DNA of 64,000 bases from a virus. Each line of letters opens with the position of its first letter. Position 1 is the stretch's first letter. Shown here piece after piece: positions 1-10,141 of the stretch. A model generated the notes under the pieces. It searched no databases. It saw only the letters and a list, made by a program, of their open reading frames with translations, and had not been told where the DNA came from. The DNA lies in IMG/VR virus record IMGVR_UViG_3300027861_000010; one strand, 5' to 3'. The position numbers and the translations under genes are program-made.

Positions 1-239
1 TCAGCATGGGTAGCTCCCTGTTAGTCTGATTGCGAAACGAACGAGAAATCGAAAAGGAGTAGATCGGATCGTTACAAATTTTGGAGATTTAGCTTTGATG
101 GTCAAAGCGTCCGGCTGAAGACCGGAATCATCACCCTCGGTGAGCTGTATCATAGATTTGATTTTGGACTGGGCTTCTACATGGGTAGTTGGCACAGTAT
201 CGACGTGAACAAGAAGCTCTACGGGTCGGAGGATTAAAC

Positions 240-521
240 ATGGCTGAGAAGTTCGTACTGGGAAAGCAAGACCTGGATCACCTGATACGGGGCGGAGAGC
301 TGCGAACGACCAACGGGACGTGCGTAGTGTTGTCGGATATCGGGAATGATCAGGTGCAGTACCTGGCTGAGCGGTTGGGGCATGTGCCGCCCTTGGTTGG
401 GAAGATAAGAGAAGTTCACAGCATGGTGCTGGAACAGGTACCCAGGGTGCATTTCCTAAAGGACGGGCCACTCAAGGAAGATCCCTTGAAGGGCTTGTCT
501 GTGCCGGGATGGCACGAGTAG
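240..521 (+). CDS. Hypothetical protein (93 aa)
   Basis: ATG at 240 preceded by GGAGG; same frame as track ORF 189..521; no recognisable motif. Confidence 0.6.
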   Translation: MAEKFVLGKQDLDHLIRGGELRTTNGTCVVLSDIGNDQVQYLAERLGHVPPLVGKIREVHSMVLEQVPRVHFLKDGPLKEDPLKGLSVPGWHE

Positions 522-551
522 GTAATTTGGGGCCAAGGAGAGGGCTCAACT

Positions 552-911
552 ATGATGATCCATCGCAGGCCAAAATTGCTCTGGCCCGAGTACTCGATTG
601 CAGGCGGTCGCCGTTCTTTATGTCAGCTGGATACTGTCGAGAATTGCGGGCTTCGTCCACTCAAATGTGCAGGCTGGGATTTGATTCAAAATCCGGAATT
701 TAACTTCCTGACTTTGAAGCTAAAGCCGAACACCGAACGTACTGCCGAACGCTGGTATGAGCAGTTTTGCTACCTCGGCCAGGACAAGGATGTGGTCGTC
801 AAGACTCGTAACTATGATGTGAGATTGCACCGGCCAATCTGCACTGACCTGGACAAGTTCAAGATCTGTTTTCATTACCTGGTCGGACCACATGAGCCTG
901 TTTATTTCTGA
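552..911 (+). CDS. Hypothetical protein
   Basis: Track ORF, co-oriented and closely packed with neighbours. Confidence 0.55.
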   Translation: MMIHRRPKLLWPEYSIAGGRRSLCQLDTVENCGLRPLKCAGWDLIQNPEFNFLTLKLKPNTERTAERWYEQFCYLGQDKDVVVKTRNYDVRLHRPICTDLDKFKICFHYLVGPHEPVYF

Positions 912-919
912 GGGGAACC

Positions 920-1267
920 ATGCACGTAGCTGTGTCGAGCGACGGGGAGATGTCGCAGCAAGAGATGCTGAGGGAGTTAGCCGAAGCCCGTATCTGTCCC
1001 GTCATGGTGTACGAAGAGAATGGGAAGCAGATTGTCCCGCTGTTCAAATCCCCGCAATTGGCTCTCGAGTTCGCCAAGCGGAACACACCGAAGGAGTACA
1101 GCATCGGCACCATGGAAGCTGGTGAAGATGACCTGGCTGCCCTGAAAGCTGATGGTTTCGAGCCCACAGTGTTGGAATGGCCGAACAAGCGGCAATGCAA
1201 TGTCCATGTCTTGCAGCTGACCAAGGAGACTGAAACCCACAAGCGTGGGTACCGGAATACCACTTAG
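920..1267 (+). CDS. Hypothetical protein
   Basis: ATG preceded by GAGGGG; co-oriented packing. Confidence 0.6.
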   Translation: MHVAVSSDGEMSQQEMLRELAEARICPVMVYEENGKQIVPLFKSPQLALEFAKRNTPKEYSIGTMEAGEDDLAALKADGFEPTVLEWPNKRQCNVHVLQLTKETETHKRGYRNTT

Positions 1268-1320
1268 TCTTGAGAGAACACACGGCAACTGCCACAATGG
1301 CTCACGTTGCCGGAGTGAGG

Positions 1321-1419
1321 ATGGTTGCACTATCAGAAGAAGAATCACAAGCAATTGAGCACGATTCGCTGTACGATGGTGAGTTGTATGCCTACTTTGA
1401 CGAGGATGGTGGGGAGTAA
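1321..1419 (+). CDS. Small acidic peptide (32 aa, MVALSEEESQAIEHDSLYDGELYAYFDEDGGE)
   Basis: Read manually; GGAG 5 nt upstream of ATG; fills the gap between genes; below the ORF-track cutoff. Confidence 0.4.
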   Translation: MVALSEEESQAIEHDSLYDGELYAYFDEDGGE

Positions 1420-1446
1420 CTCCCAACTCATTACACAGGGATGTGA

Positions 1447-4278
1447 TTGATGCCGTACAAAAGTGACGCCCAACGCCGGTACTTTAACGCTAATCGAGAG
1501 GAGCTCGAAGCTGAGGGCGTCGACGTGGACGAATGGAATGAGGCTTCTAAGGGCAAAGACATGCCGGAGAAAAAGGCTTACGCTGCGGATACGTCGTTTG
1601 CCGATGACTACGACGATACTCAATTGCGAGAAGCACTGGCAGAGCGTGTGCGTATGATCGCTCAGTTACGGGCACACCGAGATTCTTTGCTAGATGCTCA
1701 GTCTGGTTATATGCCTGAGAAGAGTGCTGTTGCCCGGCTGGCCAAAGCGGCTGCCGACATCTCCCTGGTGACCGTCCTGGATGACGACGACAACATGCTG
1801 TTGATTCGTCGGAGCAAGGAGAACACCCGTTCCGGTATGTGGGAGAACCCACTGGGACACAAAGATCCAGGTGAGACCGACATTCAGGCAGCTCGCCGGG
1901 AACTCAAGGAAGAAACTGGTCTGACGGCCAAACTGCTACCCAAGACTACCGCCGTTATGACTCCAGACGGGAAGAAACAGCTGCGGCTGTACGTTGGGAG
2001 AGTCAAGGGTGTGAAGCCGGACGTGTCGTTGGCTCCTGAGGAGCACGACAAACATCGCTGGGTTAAACCATCCAGCCTGGGTAAGATCAAGAAGACCAAC
2101 AAGGACATCGTCAAGAACACCAAGCGGTTATTCGACAGCAATGGTGTGGAGATCAAGGTAGCCAACTGGCTCAAGCCGCTGATGCAAGGGGCTGGCAACA
2201 TCTTCAAGCGGCAGATCGCCCCACCAGTGGCCGCAGGTGCTGCTGGTTATGTGGCTGCCCCTGCTTTCCAGGACATCGCTGGCATTGAGTCCGACATGGG
2301 TCGTGAAGCTCAACGCCTTGGCACCGCCGCGGGAGCTGCCAGCCTGGCCAGCCCTTGGTTGCGGCAGAAGATGTGGTCCAAGAACACACTGGGCAAAGAT
2401 CTGGCCCGCTTGATGAAGAAGAACCCACAGTACAGTGGATTCGGCCTCAACGAGATCAAGAAGCTCCATCCGGAGATCGGCAAGGGCATTGCTCCCCTTC
2501 GGGGAACGGTCACCACAGGTGCACTGCTGGCTGCTCCGACAGTGCTGGGCGGTTACTCGGACGCAGCCAAGCGGATGACCGAGACCTTTGAACGCAAGCT
2601 CAAGGAAAACCCTGAGATTGTGAATCCCTCGTATCACGTTGGCCAAGCGATCGACAAGACGCTCAACAGCGATCGAGCAAAGAGCACCCAGAAGGGCCTG
2701 ACTGACGTTGCCAAGCACATGGGAGGCTCTTTGGCTGGCAGCCTGGGCGGTTCAGCCTTAGGCTATGGCAGTGGGGCCTTGCTTGGTAGCATGTTGATGC
2801 CCGGCGAGAGTGCTGACTACAAAGAGCTCGACGAGAAGGGTTATCGTGCTCGGCGTAATCGTGAACGCATGAAATCAGTCTTGAAGCTCGTCGGTATGTA
2901 CGGCGGCGGGATTGGAGGAGCCATGCTCGGGCAGAAGTACCTGCCCGGGTTGATGGACAAATTAACCAAACAGAAACAGGGAAGTGACATGGTAACCATG
3001 ATCGAGAAGTTGGCTCGTCAAGCTGCCAGTGAAGCCGAAAAGGAAGAGAAGCCCAAGCGTGACGGCGACGGGGATGGCAAGGTCAATGATGGCACTTCTG
3101 CCGAAAAGAAAGCCCCAAAGAAGAAACCGAATACAGACAAGGCTCTAGGGACTGTCCAAGGGGCCTATGTGGCTGATGCCACTGGAGCAACGTCGGAGGA
3201 AAGGGCTGCCGATAAGATTACTGAGCGATTTGGTGATCGAAACGATCTGGGTGCTTACGATTCCCTGCTGACCGGCCTGGCTCCGTACTCCAAGCAGATC
3301 CACAAGCGTATTCGCCGTGGAGCATCCCGTCAGGCTGAAAGTGGTGCCCTGCGTCATCTCAGCAACCTGGATCCGACGCGTGAAGGAGGAACAGAAGGAC
3401 TTGTTGGGTTGGCTACTGGTCTGGGCAGCAAAGACACATCCGACCAAGAGGCTGTCACGGCTGAGCGGTACAAGAAGAAGATCAAGTCCCACCAAGCCAA
3501 GCTGTCCGACCCTGATGGGGAAACCACGAAGCGTCAAACGCCTTGGCACTTGGGGATGCAGGGTCGATTCGCCAACCTTGATTCGGATGTGGCCGGACAC
3601 GCGTATCACCGCAAAGAGACACCATTGAGTTACTGGCTCAATCCACTTGATAAGACTGGGCCATTTATGGAGCTGGGTAATCGAGCACAGCGTCGGATGA
3701 CGGCTGGTGGAGCTGAGCCTGAGGACACAGTGGGCCGCTTCGCCATGAATGCCATTCCACTGGCCAGTCTGATCATGGGCGGTGAGGGAGCCAAACAGAA
3801 GATTCGACGAACCGCGGACAAGAACGACATTTATGCTCCTGAGGCCAAGCCTGACATCAAAGATTTGGCCAAGGCTGCTGCCCTCTCAATTCCACCTGAG
3901 CTGTTGGCCAAGATGCAGGCAATGGGGCCAAGCTCGACGAACGCCTTGAAAACTCTCGGCGGTGCTCTGGGTGGCGGCACGCTGGGTGGATTAACTGGAG
4001 CTGGTGGTGCTGTCGGTGCAACGGTTGGTGGACTCAAAGGCTTGTTCAGCGATCCAGGTGAAGACGAAGAAGGAAACAAGAAGAGTCGCCTTATGGCTGC
4101 CTTGAAGGGCACACTTGGCGGTGGAGCCTTGGGAGCAGCTGGTGGACTTGCTGTTGGTGCTGGTGGTCTGGCTGGTGTTGGGCTTGGAGGTGCAGGCGGA
4201 TCAAGTCTGGCTGGGTTGTTCCACCAGAAAGCAGGAATTGACCAACTGGCTAAAGTCTCAGCAAGAGCGTGTGCCTAA
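1447..4278 (+). CDS. Putative virion polyprotein: N-terminal MPYKSDAQRR module, Nudix hydrolase domain, Gly-rich/glycine-zipper segments, DGDGDG motif
   Basis: Nudix box GHKDPGETDIQAARRELKEETGL (1855-1923) fits GX5EX7REUXEEXGU; domain bracketed by KAA (1744-1752) and KVA (2155-2163); several GxxxG-rich hydrophobic stretches. Confidence 0.8.
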   Translation: MMPYKSDAQRRYFNANREELEAEGVDVDEWNEASKGKDMPEKKAYAADTSFADDYDDTQLREALAERVRMIAQLRAHRDSLLDAQSGYMPEKSAVARLAKAAADISLVTVLDDDDNMLLIRRSKENTRSGMWENPLGHKDPGETDIQAARRELKEETGLTAKLLPKTTAVMTPDGKKQLRLYVGRVKGVKPDVSLAPEEHDKHRWVKPSSLGKIKKTNKDIVKNTKRLFDSNGVEIKVANWLKPLMQGAGNIFKRQIAPPVAAGAAGYVAAPAFQDIAGIESDMGREAQRLGTAAGAASLASPWLRQKMWSKNTLGKDLARLMKKNPQYSGFGLNEIKKLHPEIGKGIAPLRGTVTTGALLAAPTVLGGYSDAAKRMTETFERKLKENPEIVNPSYHVGQAIDKTLNSDRAKSTQKGLTDVAKHMGGSLAGSLGGSALGYGSGALLGSMLMPGESADYKELDEKGYRARRNRERMKSVLKLVGMYGGGIGGAMLGQKYLPGLMDKLTKQKQGSDMVTMIEKLARQAASEAEKEEKPKRDGDGDGKVNDGTSAEKKAPKKKPNTDKALGTVQGAYVADATGATSEERAADKITERFGDRNDLGAYDSLLTGLAPYSKQIHKRIRRGASRQAESGALRHLSNLDPTREGGTEGLVGLATGLGSKDTSDQEAVTAERYKKKIKSHQAKLSDPDGETTKRQTPWHLGMQGRFANLDSDVAGHAYHRKETPLSYWLNPLDKTGPFMELGNRAQRRMTAGGAEPEDTVGRFAMNAIPLASLIMGGEGAKQKIRRTADKNDIYAPEAKPDIKDLAKAAALSIPPELLAKMQAMGPSSTNALKTLGGALGGGTLGGLTGAGGAVGATVGGLKGLFSDPGEDEEGNKKSRLMAALKGTLGGGALGAAGGLAVGAGGLAGVGLGGAGGSSLAGLFHQKAGIDQLAKVSARACA

Positions 4279-4351
4279 TGTTCATTGTCTTGGCTGATTA
4301 CAGAACAGGGTCACACCTGCTCAAGTCGTTGTTGATTACTTGTAAGTTCCC

Positions 4352-4381
4352 GTGACAGAACTGCACACCAACCTGTATAAA
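4352..4381 (+). promoter_or_regulatory. sigma70-like promoter
   Basis: GTGACA-N18-TATAAA in intergenic DNA upstream of 4431. Confidence 0.45.
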
Positions 4382-4430
4382 ATACTAAAATACGGAAGTT
4401 CGTCAGCCATCCGGCTTAAGGAGAAGCAAA

Positions 4431-7124
4431 ATGTCAATGCAAGAACGTCCATTCCTGCCTCCGCAGTTAATGAATCCCATGATGGGAGGCATGAGCTTTC
4501 CGGCAGTCAACAAGTTACCGCAGAATCCAAACCCTTTGGCCAAGGCTGCCCCTGCTCATACCGTCAGGGCGGATGCCGCGGGGATTCAGGAAGCAATGGC
4601 TAAGCGAGGAGCAAGCTTGGGGCTGGGTAATGTGCCTCAAGGTACTGGCCCTCAGCAGATGTTCAATGCGATGACTCAACTGGGCCAGGCCAAAGCCTTG
4701 GTTGATCCTACGGAGACACTCAAGAAGGAACGTCTCTCTCGTGGCGACTTCGAGGGTAAGCTGGATGAGTTGGCTCAACGCAAGGGCGACAAGTACAACT
4801 TCAGCGAGATGAGGAAGGATCCCAAGACCCATGCAATCCTCAAAGGGCTCCTCGGGGCACTTGCCGGAGGCGGTGTCGGGTATCTTGGTGGCGGCGGTAT
4901 TGGTAGTACTCTCGCTGGTGCGGCCATTGGCGGAGCTGGTGGAGCTGGAATTGGAGCGTTGGGAGCAAAGAACGAGAATCGAAAGCTCCACTCAACAGCC
5001 AAAGTCCTCAAAAACTATGGACTCCTTCAACCTGAGTACCTCCGACAGGCTCTCCCGTTGTTGAAGCAGAGCGATGATAAAGAGGCCGGAGTACTCAGTG
5101 GTGGTCTCGGCGGGGGTATTGCTGGATCGTTGGCTGGGCTGCTGGGTAATCTCGGCTACCAGGCCTATTCGCATTATTCGCCAGGCATCAAGGCCAAACA
5201 GCGGCTGGACAAGTCAGGTTTACCTGACTTCATGAAGAAACGCATCACTTCTGTAGGTACGCAGATGTATCCAGACTTCAAGCCGGATATGGGGCAGGCT
5301 GGTCGTATCGCTTTGATGGGCGGTCTCGGCGGCGGATCACTTGGTGCCTTGGAAGGCCACTTCGATGGTAAGCGTGAGCAGGCCGAGAAAGAGCGTCAGG
5401 CAATGCAGGAAGAGCAATTGCAGTTGTTGCGACAGATGCAGCAGATGCAGCAGGCACAGCTGACCAAAGCCAGTGCTCAGGACAACAACGCTGATCGACT
5501 CTCTGCCTCAGGCGAGAACTCCGGCGTCACGTTCAAGCACGACGATCAAGGTCACCTGACCGGTGCCGACGCGTTCAAGACGCTGGACGGGTACATGAAG
5601 AAGGCCGGGATGAACACGTTCCAGCGTCAATTCTTTGGCCGACTGATTGAGCAAGGCATGGATGAGACCATGATCCATGCCTCTGTGAAGACTGCGGGCG
5701 ATCGCTTCGGTGAGAAAGTGGCTGCTGACCTTAATGAGGGTCTGGAGCTGATGGAGAAGTCCGCAATCTGGTCAGCAGCTGCCAAAGCTTTGCCTTGGCT
5801 TGGGCGACAAGCAGGGAAGCTCATTCCCAGTGGTGTCAAACAAGTGGCCCGCAAGCCTGGTGTAGCAGCTAAGGCTTTCGGTCGTTCTGTAGCACCCACG
5901 GTTAAAGCTGCTCCAGGAGCGATCGGACGCACACTTAAAAGCACAGTGCTGCCTGGTAGCCGCGAAGGAGCCAAGCGAGCCCTTGGTCAAATGGGTACAG
6001 GGGCTGGAGTTGGTGCTTTCAACCCTTACACAGGTCTCGGCAGCGGCAACATCATGACCGAGGACGGGTTCCGCGGCGATCGGTTGCTTCAATCCATGGC
6101 GGGTGGAGCACTGTTGGGTCGTGTTCCTGGGGCTCAGGGCATGATGCGACGAGGTATGGTCGGTTCAAGTGCTGGATGGCTCGGTGGTGGCGGTGCCAAC
6201 GTCTTGGGTGGTTTGACAGGCAACGAGTACCTGAAGAACGTTGACGCAAAGTCATTGGCTCGACTTGGGTTTGGTGCAAGTGCTGCTACTGGTACTCCAG
6301 GGCTGTCTCGAAGCTTGAGCAAGATTCCAGGTGTTCGCAACATACCGGGAATCACGCGACTCGGCGGTAAAAGGCTGACGAACCAGATGCGGCATTACGA
6401 TCCGTACGACATGGCGATGCGTGGAATGGGCAACACCGCGAAGGCGATGTACCGAAACCCAGGCAAGACACTGCAGTATGCAGGCCTTGGTGGCATGGCA
6501 GCGACTCCTGCCGCGGTCTATCACGGCCTTGGCAATATGCAGCAAGGCGTGCAGAAGCAAATGGCTGAAGCTCAGCTCGGCTTGCAGGATCAACTCGCTA
6601 CTCAAGGCGAACAGTACAAGAACGAAGCTCTGGATCAACTCCACGGTTACGCTCAGCATTACGACAAAAAGTTGTCACCGGCTCTCGACCGAGTCAACCA
6701 GTTCCTGGGAACAGGTGAAGGCGGCGAAGGCGGCGGCATAGGTGGGATGTTTGGTGGTCTCAGCAACATGATGGGCGGTGTTGGTGATTACGTGAAGAAG
6801 AATCCTTGGTTGATTCCGCTGTTGCTTGGTGGACTCGGTGCCGGTGGTGGTTATGCCTTGGGTGGCGGAGGTGGTGCAGCCTTGGGCGGTCTCGGTGCTC
6901 CGTTGCTCTACATGCTCGCAACCGGCCAACTCGGCAACATGACGGGCGGAGCTGCCGGAGGCGGACAAGACAATGCAGCCAGTACGGCTGAGGTTCAGCG
7001 ACAGGCTGGTGAGAACGCCAAGGTAACTCAGGATATGCAAGATCCGGTTGCCAGGGTGCAGCAACAGCAGCCGCAGATGAACGAGATTCAACGGCAACAA
7101 CAACAGCAGATGGCGTACGCGTAG
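4431..7124 (+). CDS. Gly/Gln-rich putative virion (internal/ejection) polyprotein with KxA sites
   Basis: AAGGAG RBS; repeated glycine-zipper hydrophobic segments, Gln-rich coiled segments, cluster of KKA/KTA/KVA/KSA around aa 385-445. Confidence 0.7.
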   Translation: MSMQERPFLPPQLMNPMMGGMSFPAVNKLPQNPNPLAKAAPAHTVRADAAGIQEAMAKRGASLGLGNVPQGTGPQQMFNAMTQLGQAKALVDPTETLKKERLSRGDFEGKLDELAQRKGDKYNFSEMRKDPKTHAILKGLLGALAGGGVGYLGGGGIGSTLAGAAIGGAGGAGIGALGAKNENRKLHSTAKVLKNYGLLQPEYLRQALPLLKQSDDKEAGVLSGGLGGGIAGSLAGLLGNLGYQAYSHYSPGIKAKQRLDKSGLPDFMKKRITSVGTQMYPDFKPDMGQAGRIALMGGLGGGSLGALEGHFDGKREQAEKERQAMQEEQLQLLRQMQQMQQAQLTKASAQDNNADRLSASGENSGVTFKHDDQGHLTGADAFKTLDGYMKKAGMNTFQRQFFGRLIEQGMDETMIHASVKTAGDRFGEKVAADLNEGLELMEKSAIWSAAAKALPWLGRQAGKLIPSGVKQVARKPGVAAKAFGRSVAPTVKAAPGAIGRTLKSTVLPGSREGAKRALGQMGTGAGVGAFNPYTGLGSGNIMTEDGFRGDRLLQSMAGGALLGRVPGAQGMMRRGMVGSSAGWLGGGGANVLGGLTGNEYLKNVDAKSLARLGFGASAATGTPGLSRSLSKIPGVRNIPGITRLGGKRLTNQMRHYDPYDMAMRGMGNTAKAMYRNPGKTLQYAGLGGMAATPAAVYHGLGNMQQGVQKQMAEAQLGLQDQLATQGEQYKNEALDQLHGYAQHYDKKLSPALDRVNQFLGTGEGGEGGGIGGMFGGLSNMMGGVGDYVKKNPWLIPLLLGGLGAGGGYALGGGGGAALGGLGAPLLYMLATGQLGNMTGGAAGGGQDNAASTAEVQRQAGENAKVTQDMQDPVARVQQQQPQMNEIQRQQQQQMAYA

Positions 7125-7473
7125 GAAGTATTCGATAACTGCAATGATGAGCGAGTGGCTCAAGGAAGCAGGGTGAGTCGATCGTCTCAGACTTAACCAC
7201 GTCTTTGAGTGGACAGCCATGCGTTTTCGGGGGCTCATGGCTGGATCCCGCTGGAGGGAAATTACCTTGCTAACGGTGTCCCGGGCAACTGGAACGGTGG
7301 AACACGGAAGTTTTGGCTCCTCCAGGTCTCCTTCACTTCCCCACAGTAAAACCTAAGACCGCTGGTGTATGCAGTTCATCAAGTCTTCTCGGGAAGTAAG
7401 TTGTTACGCAGGGCTGTAACAACTGAAACCAGGTGCAGTTGCCCTGCTCATCTTTTTGCAGGTAAGGAAACCC

Positions 7474-8103
7474 ATGCGAGTAAGCAACAAAGGCAGACTG
7501 ATACATATCAATCCACCTAGAACAGGTACGGTGTTGATTGATAGAGCGATGCGTCAGGCCTTTGACGACGTCTGGAAGCCCAGACTGCATGCTGGACACG
7601 ACACTATCTGGAAGAAGGAGTGGGAGCAGTACTTCGTCTTTATCTCTATTCGCCATCCGTTCACTCGAGCCGTTAGTATCTGGCAACGACTGACACAGAA
7701 CATAAAGTCACGTTCCAAATCTTGGAAGCACACCCTGCAAAACGGAGCGATATCGTTCCATGATCTTGTCGCCCATCAAGCAGAAGAGGTCATAGGCTAT
7801 TGGGGTTGGATGCTTTGTTCTTCCTTTCATGATCGTGTGCCGAGGCAGCTCAATCACGTTGTGCGTTTAGAGTGTGTTAAGGGGGACTTGGCTGTCGTCC
7901 CTGGCTTGGGGAAGCAACGCAACCACCGCAGACAGAACGGAAGTCGCTATGCTCGGCCCTGGCACGAAAACTACACAAGCAAAGAGACGATCGAAACTGT
8001 GATGCGGTTATTCGAGAACGACTTTAGTCGGTACAATTACAACACTAACTTCGACGAGGTTGTTCAGGGAAAAATGTTCAATGATAGTGTGCGAGGAACA
8101 TAA
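7474..8103 (+). CDS. Sulfotransferase family 2-like protein
   Basis: 5'-PSB-like PPRTGT, FISIRHPFTRAVS, C-terminal FENDFSRYNY; AAGGA RBS before ATG 7474. Confidence 0.8.
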   Translation: MRVSNKGRLIHINPPRTGTVLIDRAMRQAFDDVWKPRLHAGHDTIWKKEWEQYFVFISIRHPFTRAVSIWQRLTQNIKSRSKSWKHTLQNGAISFHDLVAHQAEEVIGYWGWMLCSSFHDRVPRQLNHVVRLECVKGDLAVVPGLGKQRNHRRQNGSRYARPWHENYTSKETIETVMRLFENDFSRYNYNTNFDEVVQGKMFNDSVRGT

Positions 8104-8719
8104 GCTGCTGTATTTGGCTCCACCGAAGACTGGATCTATTTCTGTACTGACGATGATCGACGGTCAGCCTCCTTTCAACGGCTACCGTCAAGACGAGACC
8201 CAAGCTCATCACAATACGGTGTGGGATGAACGTTTCAGGGATTGGTACATCTTCATCACGGTTCGCCACCCCTACACTCGTATGATCAGCCTGTGGCAAT
8301 TCGCATTGAGCCAAATGAACACCGTTAAGCACGGTTTGCCTCAAAATGAGTACTCGCATTGGTGGTACAATTTACTGAAGAGTCGAGAATTATCGCTCTA
8401 CCGGTTTCTCACTCACCGAAAGATACGCTCCTTACTGCGAGGTGTGTGGTCTTGTCATTGGCATCTCGAGGTGATCCAGCGGCCTGTTGACAAGCTCGTA
8501 CGGCAGGAACGCTTTAACGTAGAAATCAAGCAAGTCCCTGGGCTGGAAAACATGCCAGACAGGCACGCGAACCGAGGTTACCCGTTGGATCGAGAATGGC
8601 ACGAGTATTATGGCCACAGAACTCTGGAGCTAGTGCGTGACCTTTGGGTCAACGACTTCGAGCCGCTCGGGTACAACTCGAACATTACTGAAGTAATCCA
8701 AGGGAAGTACTTCGTGTGA
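8081..8719 (+). CDS. Sulfotransferase family 2-like protein (paralog)
   Basis: LYLAPPKTGS, FITVRHPYTRMIS, WVNDFEPLGY. Confidence 0.85.
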   Translation: MIVCEEHKLLYLAPPKTGSISVLTMIDGQPPFNGYRQDETQAHHNTVWDERFRDWYIFITVRHPYTRMISLWQFALSQMNTVKHGLPQNEYSHWWYNLLKSRELSLYRFLTHRKIRSLLRGVWSCHWHLEVIQRPVDKLVRQERFNVEIKQVPGLENMPDRHANRGYPLDREWHEYYGHRTLELVRDLWVNDFEPLGYNSNITEVIQGKYFV

Positions 8720-9435
8720 AACTATCCATCATCTATCCGTGTTACTGTCAACAACAGACGTTATTGCGGCACATCCAACGGTGGGAAGCTCTACCAGGGG
8801 AGTTGAAGGAACAGCTGGATTTCGTTGTGGTAGACGACCACAGTCGAGAGCCTATCTCTGTGCCGGACGTTGAGCTCAATCTCAGGCTGTTTCGAGTCAA
8901 CACGGATATCATCTGGAACTACGGGGCCAAGAACCTGGGTATCCAGAAAGCTCATGCTCCTTGGATCTTCTTGAGTGAGCTGGATCACTTGCTGAACGAA
9001 CAGGTTGTTCGTGGTATGCTACAGCTACTCAAGCTGAATGACCGCTTTGTAGCAGGGTCGGCTTATTTCATGTTCAATCGAGCAGGGAAAGAACGGCCAC
9101 ATCCGGCTACCTATTTGTTACATTCCAGGGACTTCTGGGCTGTAAATGGATTGGATGAAGACTTCTGCGGAGCTTACGGTCACGACGACACGTACCTTGT
9201 CGCTTGCCTCGAGCAGCAAGGACTCCGTAAGATGGTGCCCGAGGGCATTGAGTTAGAGTGCATCATGAAAGATGCTGACTATGAGGATGCTGAACTGTGG
9301 CGTCTGGATGACGTACCGCGTGATACAACTCGTAACGACGAGCTATTGGCAAGGAAGCTGAAGAACTCACACATCAGCACTGGCCGAGTTCGTTTCGATT
9401 GGGAGTTGATCAATGAATATCGCTTTATTCGGTAG
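8716..9435 (+). CDS. GT-A fold glycosyltransferase (GT2 / galactosyltransferase-C-like)
   Basis: SIIYPCY, VVVDDHS, WNYGAKNLG, GLDEDFCGAYGHDD. Confidence 0.8.
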   Translation: MKLSIIYPCYCQQQTLLRHIQRWEALPGELKEQLDFVVVDDHSREPISVPDVELNLRLFRVNTDIIWNYGAKNLGIQKAHAPWIFLSELDHLLNEQVVRGMLQLLKLNDRFVAGSAYFMFNRAGKERPHPATYLLHSRDFWAVNGLDEDFCGAYGHDDTYLVACLEQQGLRKMVPEGIELECIMKDADYEDAELWRLDDVPRDTTRNDELLARKLKNSHISTGRVRFDWELINEYRFIR

Positions 9436-10141
9436 TTCAGGACAAATGGGCGGTTGGCTGATGCCGTCCCTGGAGGCTTATGGTCACGTCCATCTAAGCC
9501 CTGGCTTTAGCCTGGAAGAGTCAGCTCAGTTCATTGAGTACTGCAAAGATCAGTATGTCGATGCCGTGATTAACGCCGCAGGTTGGAACAACCGCCGTTG
9601 TCACCTTCAGCAGCTGGACATGGATGTGTCGGCTAATCACGTCAACGGTGTGTGGCCAAAAGAGCTGGCCGCGGCTTGCTGGAAGATTGATCTGCCCTTC
9701 TATCACATCAGCACGGAGTACGTCTTCGGTAAAGCCAACGGCCAAGGCCCGTTCAACGAAGATGTGCGTCCGCTGCCTGATACTCGTTATGGCCGCTCCA
9801 AGTACATGGGCGATGTGGGTGTATTGTCCTGCGGCGGTTATGTCATTCGAGCATCAGTGTTGCCGGATCACTTTCCTTACAAGGTGGCTGCGACCAACAT
9901 CATCTCCAGCAAGCTGCGAGCATCTGAGGGTGCTCGGCGGATCATGGAGTTCGTCACTAACGGCATCCCTGGTAAGACGAAACCTGCCTTGATTCATATC
10001 TGCGGCGAACGTCGAAGCATTGCTGAGTTCGTAAAACACGAACTTCAGCGAACTGACGTGGAGTTCAAGCCTCTGCACGACGATGTCGAAAGGCCGTTGG
10101 ATTCCAGCCTTTGTTCCATTTACCCACAGGATAAACTTTGA
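9413..10141 (+). CDS. rmlD: dTDP-4-dehydrorhamnose reductase-like SDR
   Basis: GSSGQMG, VINAAG, HISTEYVF, GPFNED, YGRSK catalytic YxxxK. Confidence 0.75.
   Translation: MNIALFGSSGQMGGWLMPSLEAYGHVHLSPGFSLEESAQFIEYCKDQYVDAVINAAGWNNRRCHLQQLDMDVSANHVNGVWPKELAAACWKIDLPFYHISTEYVFGKANGQGPFNEDVRPLPDTRYGRSKYMGDVGVLSCGGYVIRASVLPDHFPYKVAATNIISSKLRASEGARRIMEFVTNGIPGKTKPALIHICGERRSIAEFVKHELQRTDVEFKPLHDDVERPLDSSLCSIYPQDKL

Noticed and set aside
22-237. Open frame 25..237 after an in-frame TAG, suggesting TAG recoding
   Set aside because: Many genes end cleanly at TAG (521, 7124, 15088, 16926) and long ORFs are intact under the standard code; no start codon supports this frame
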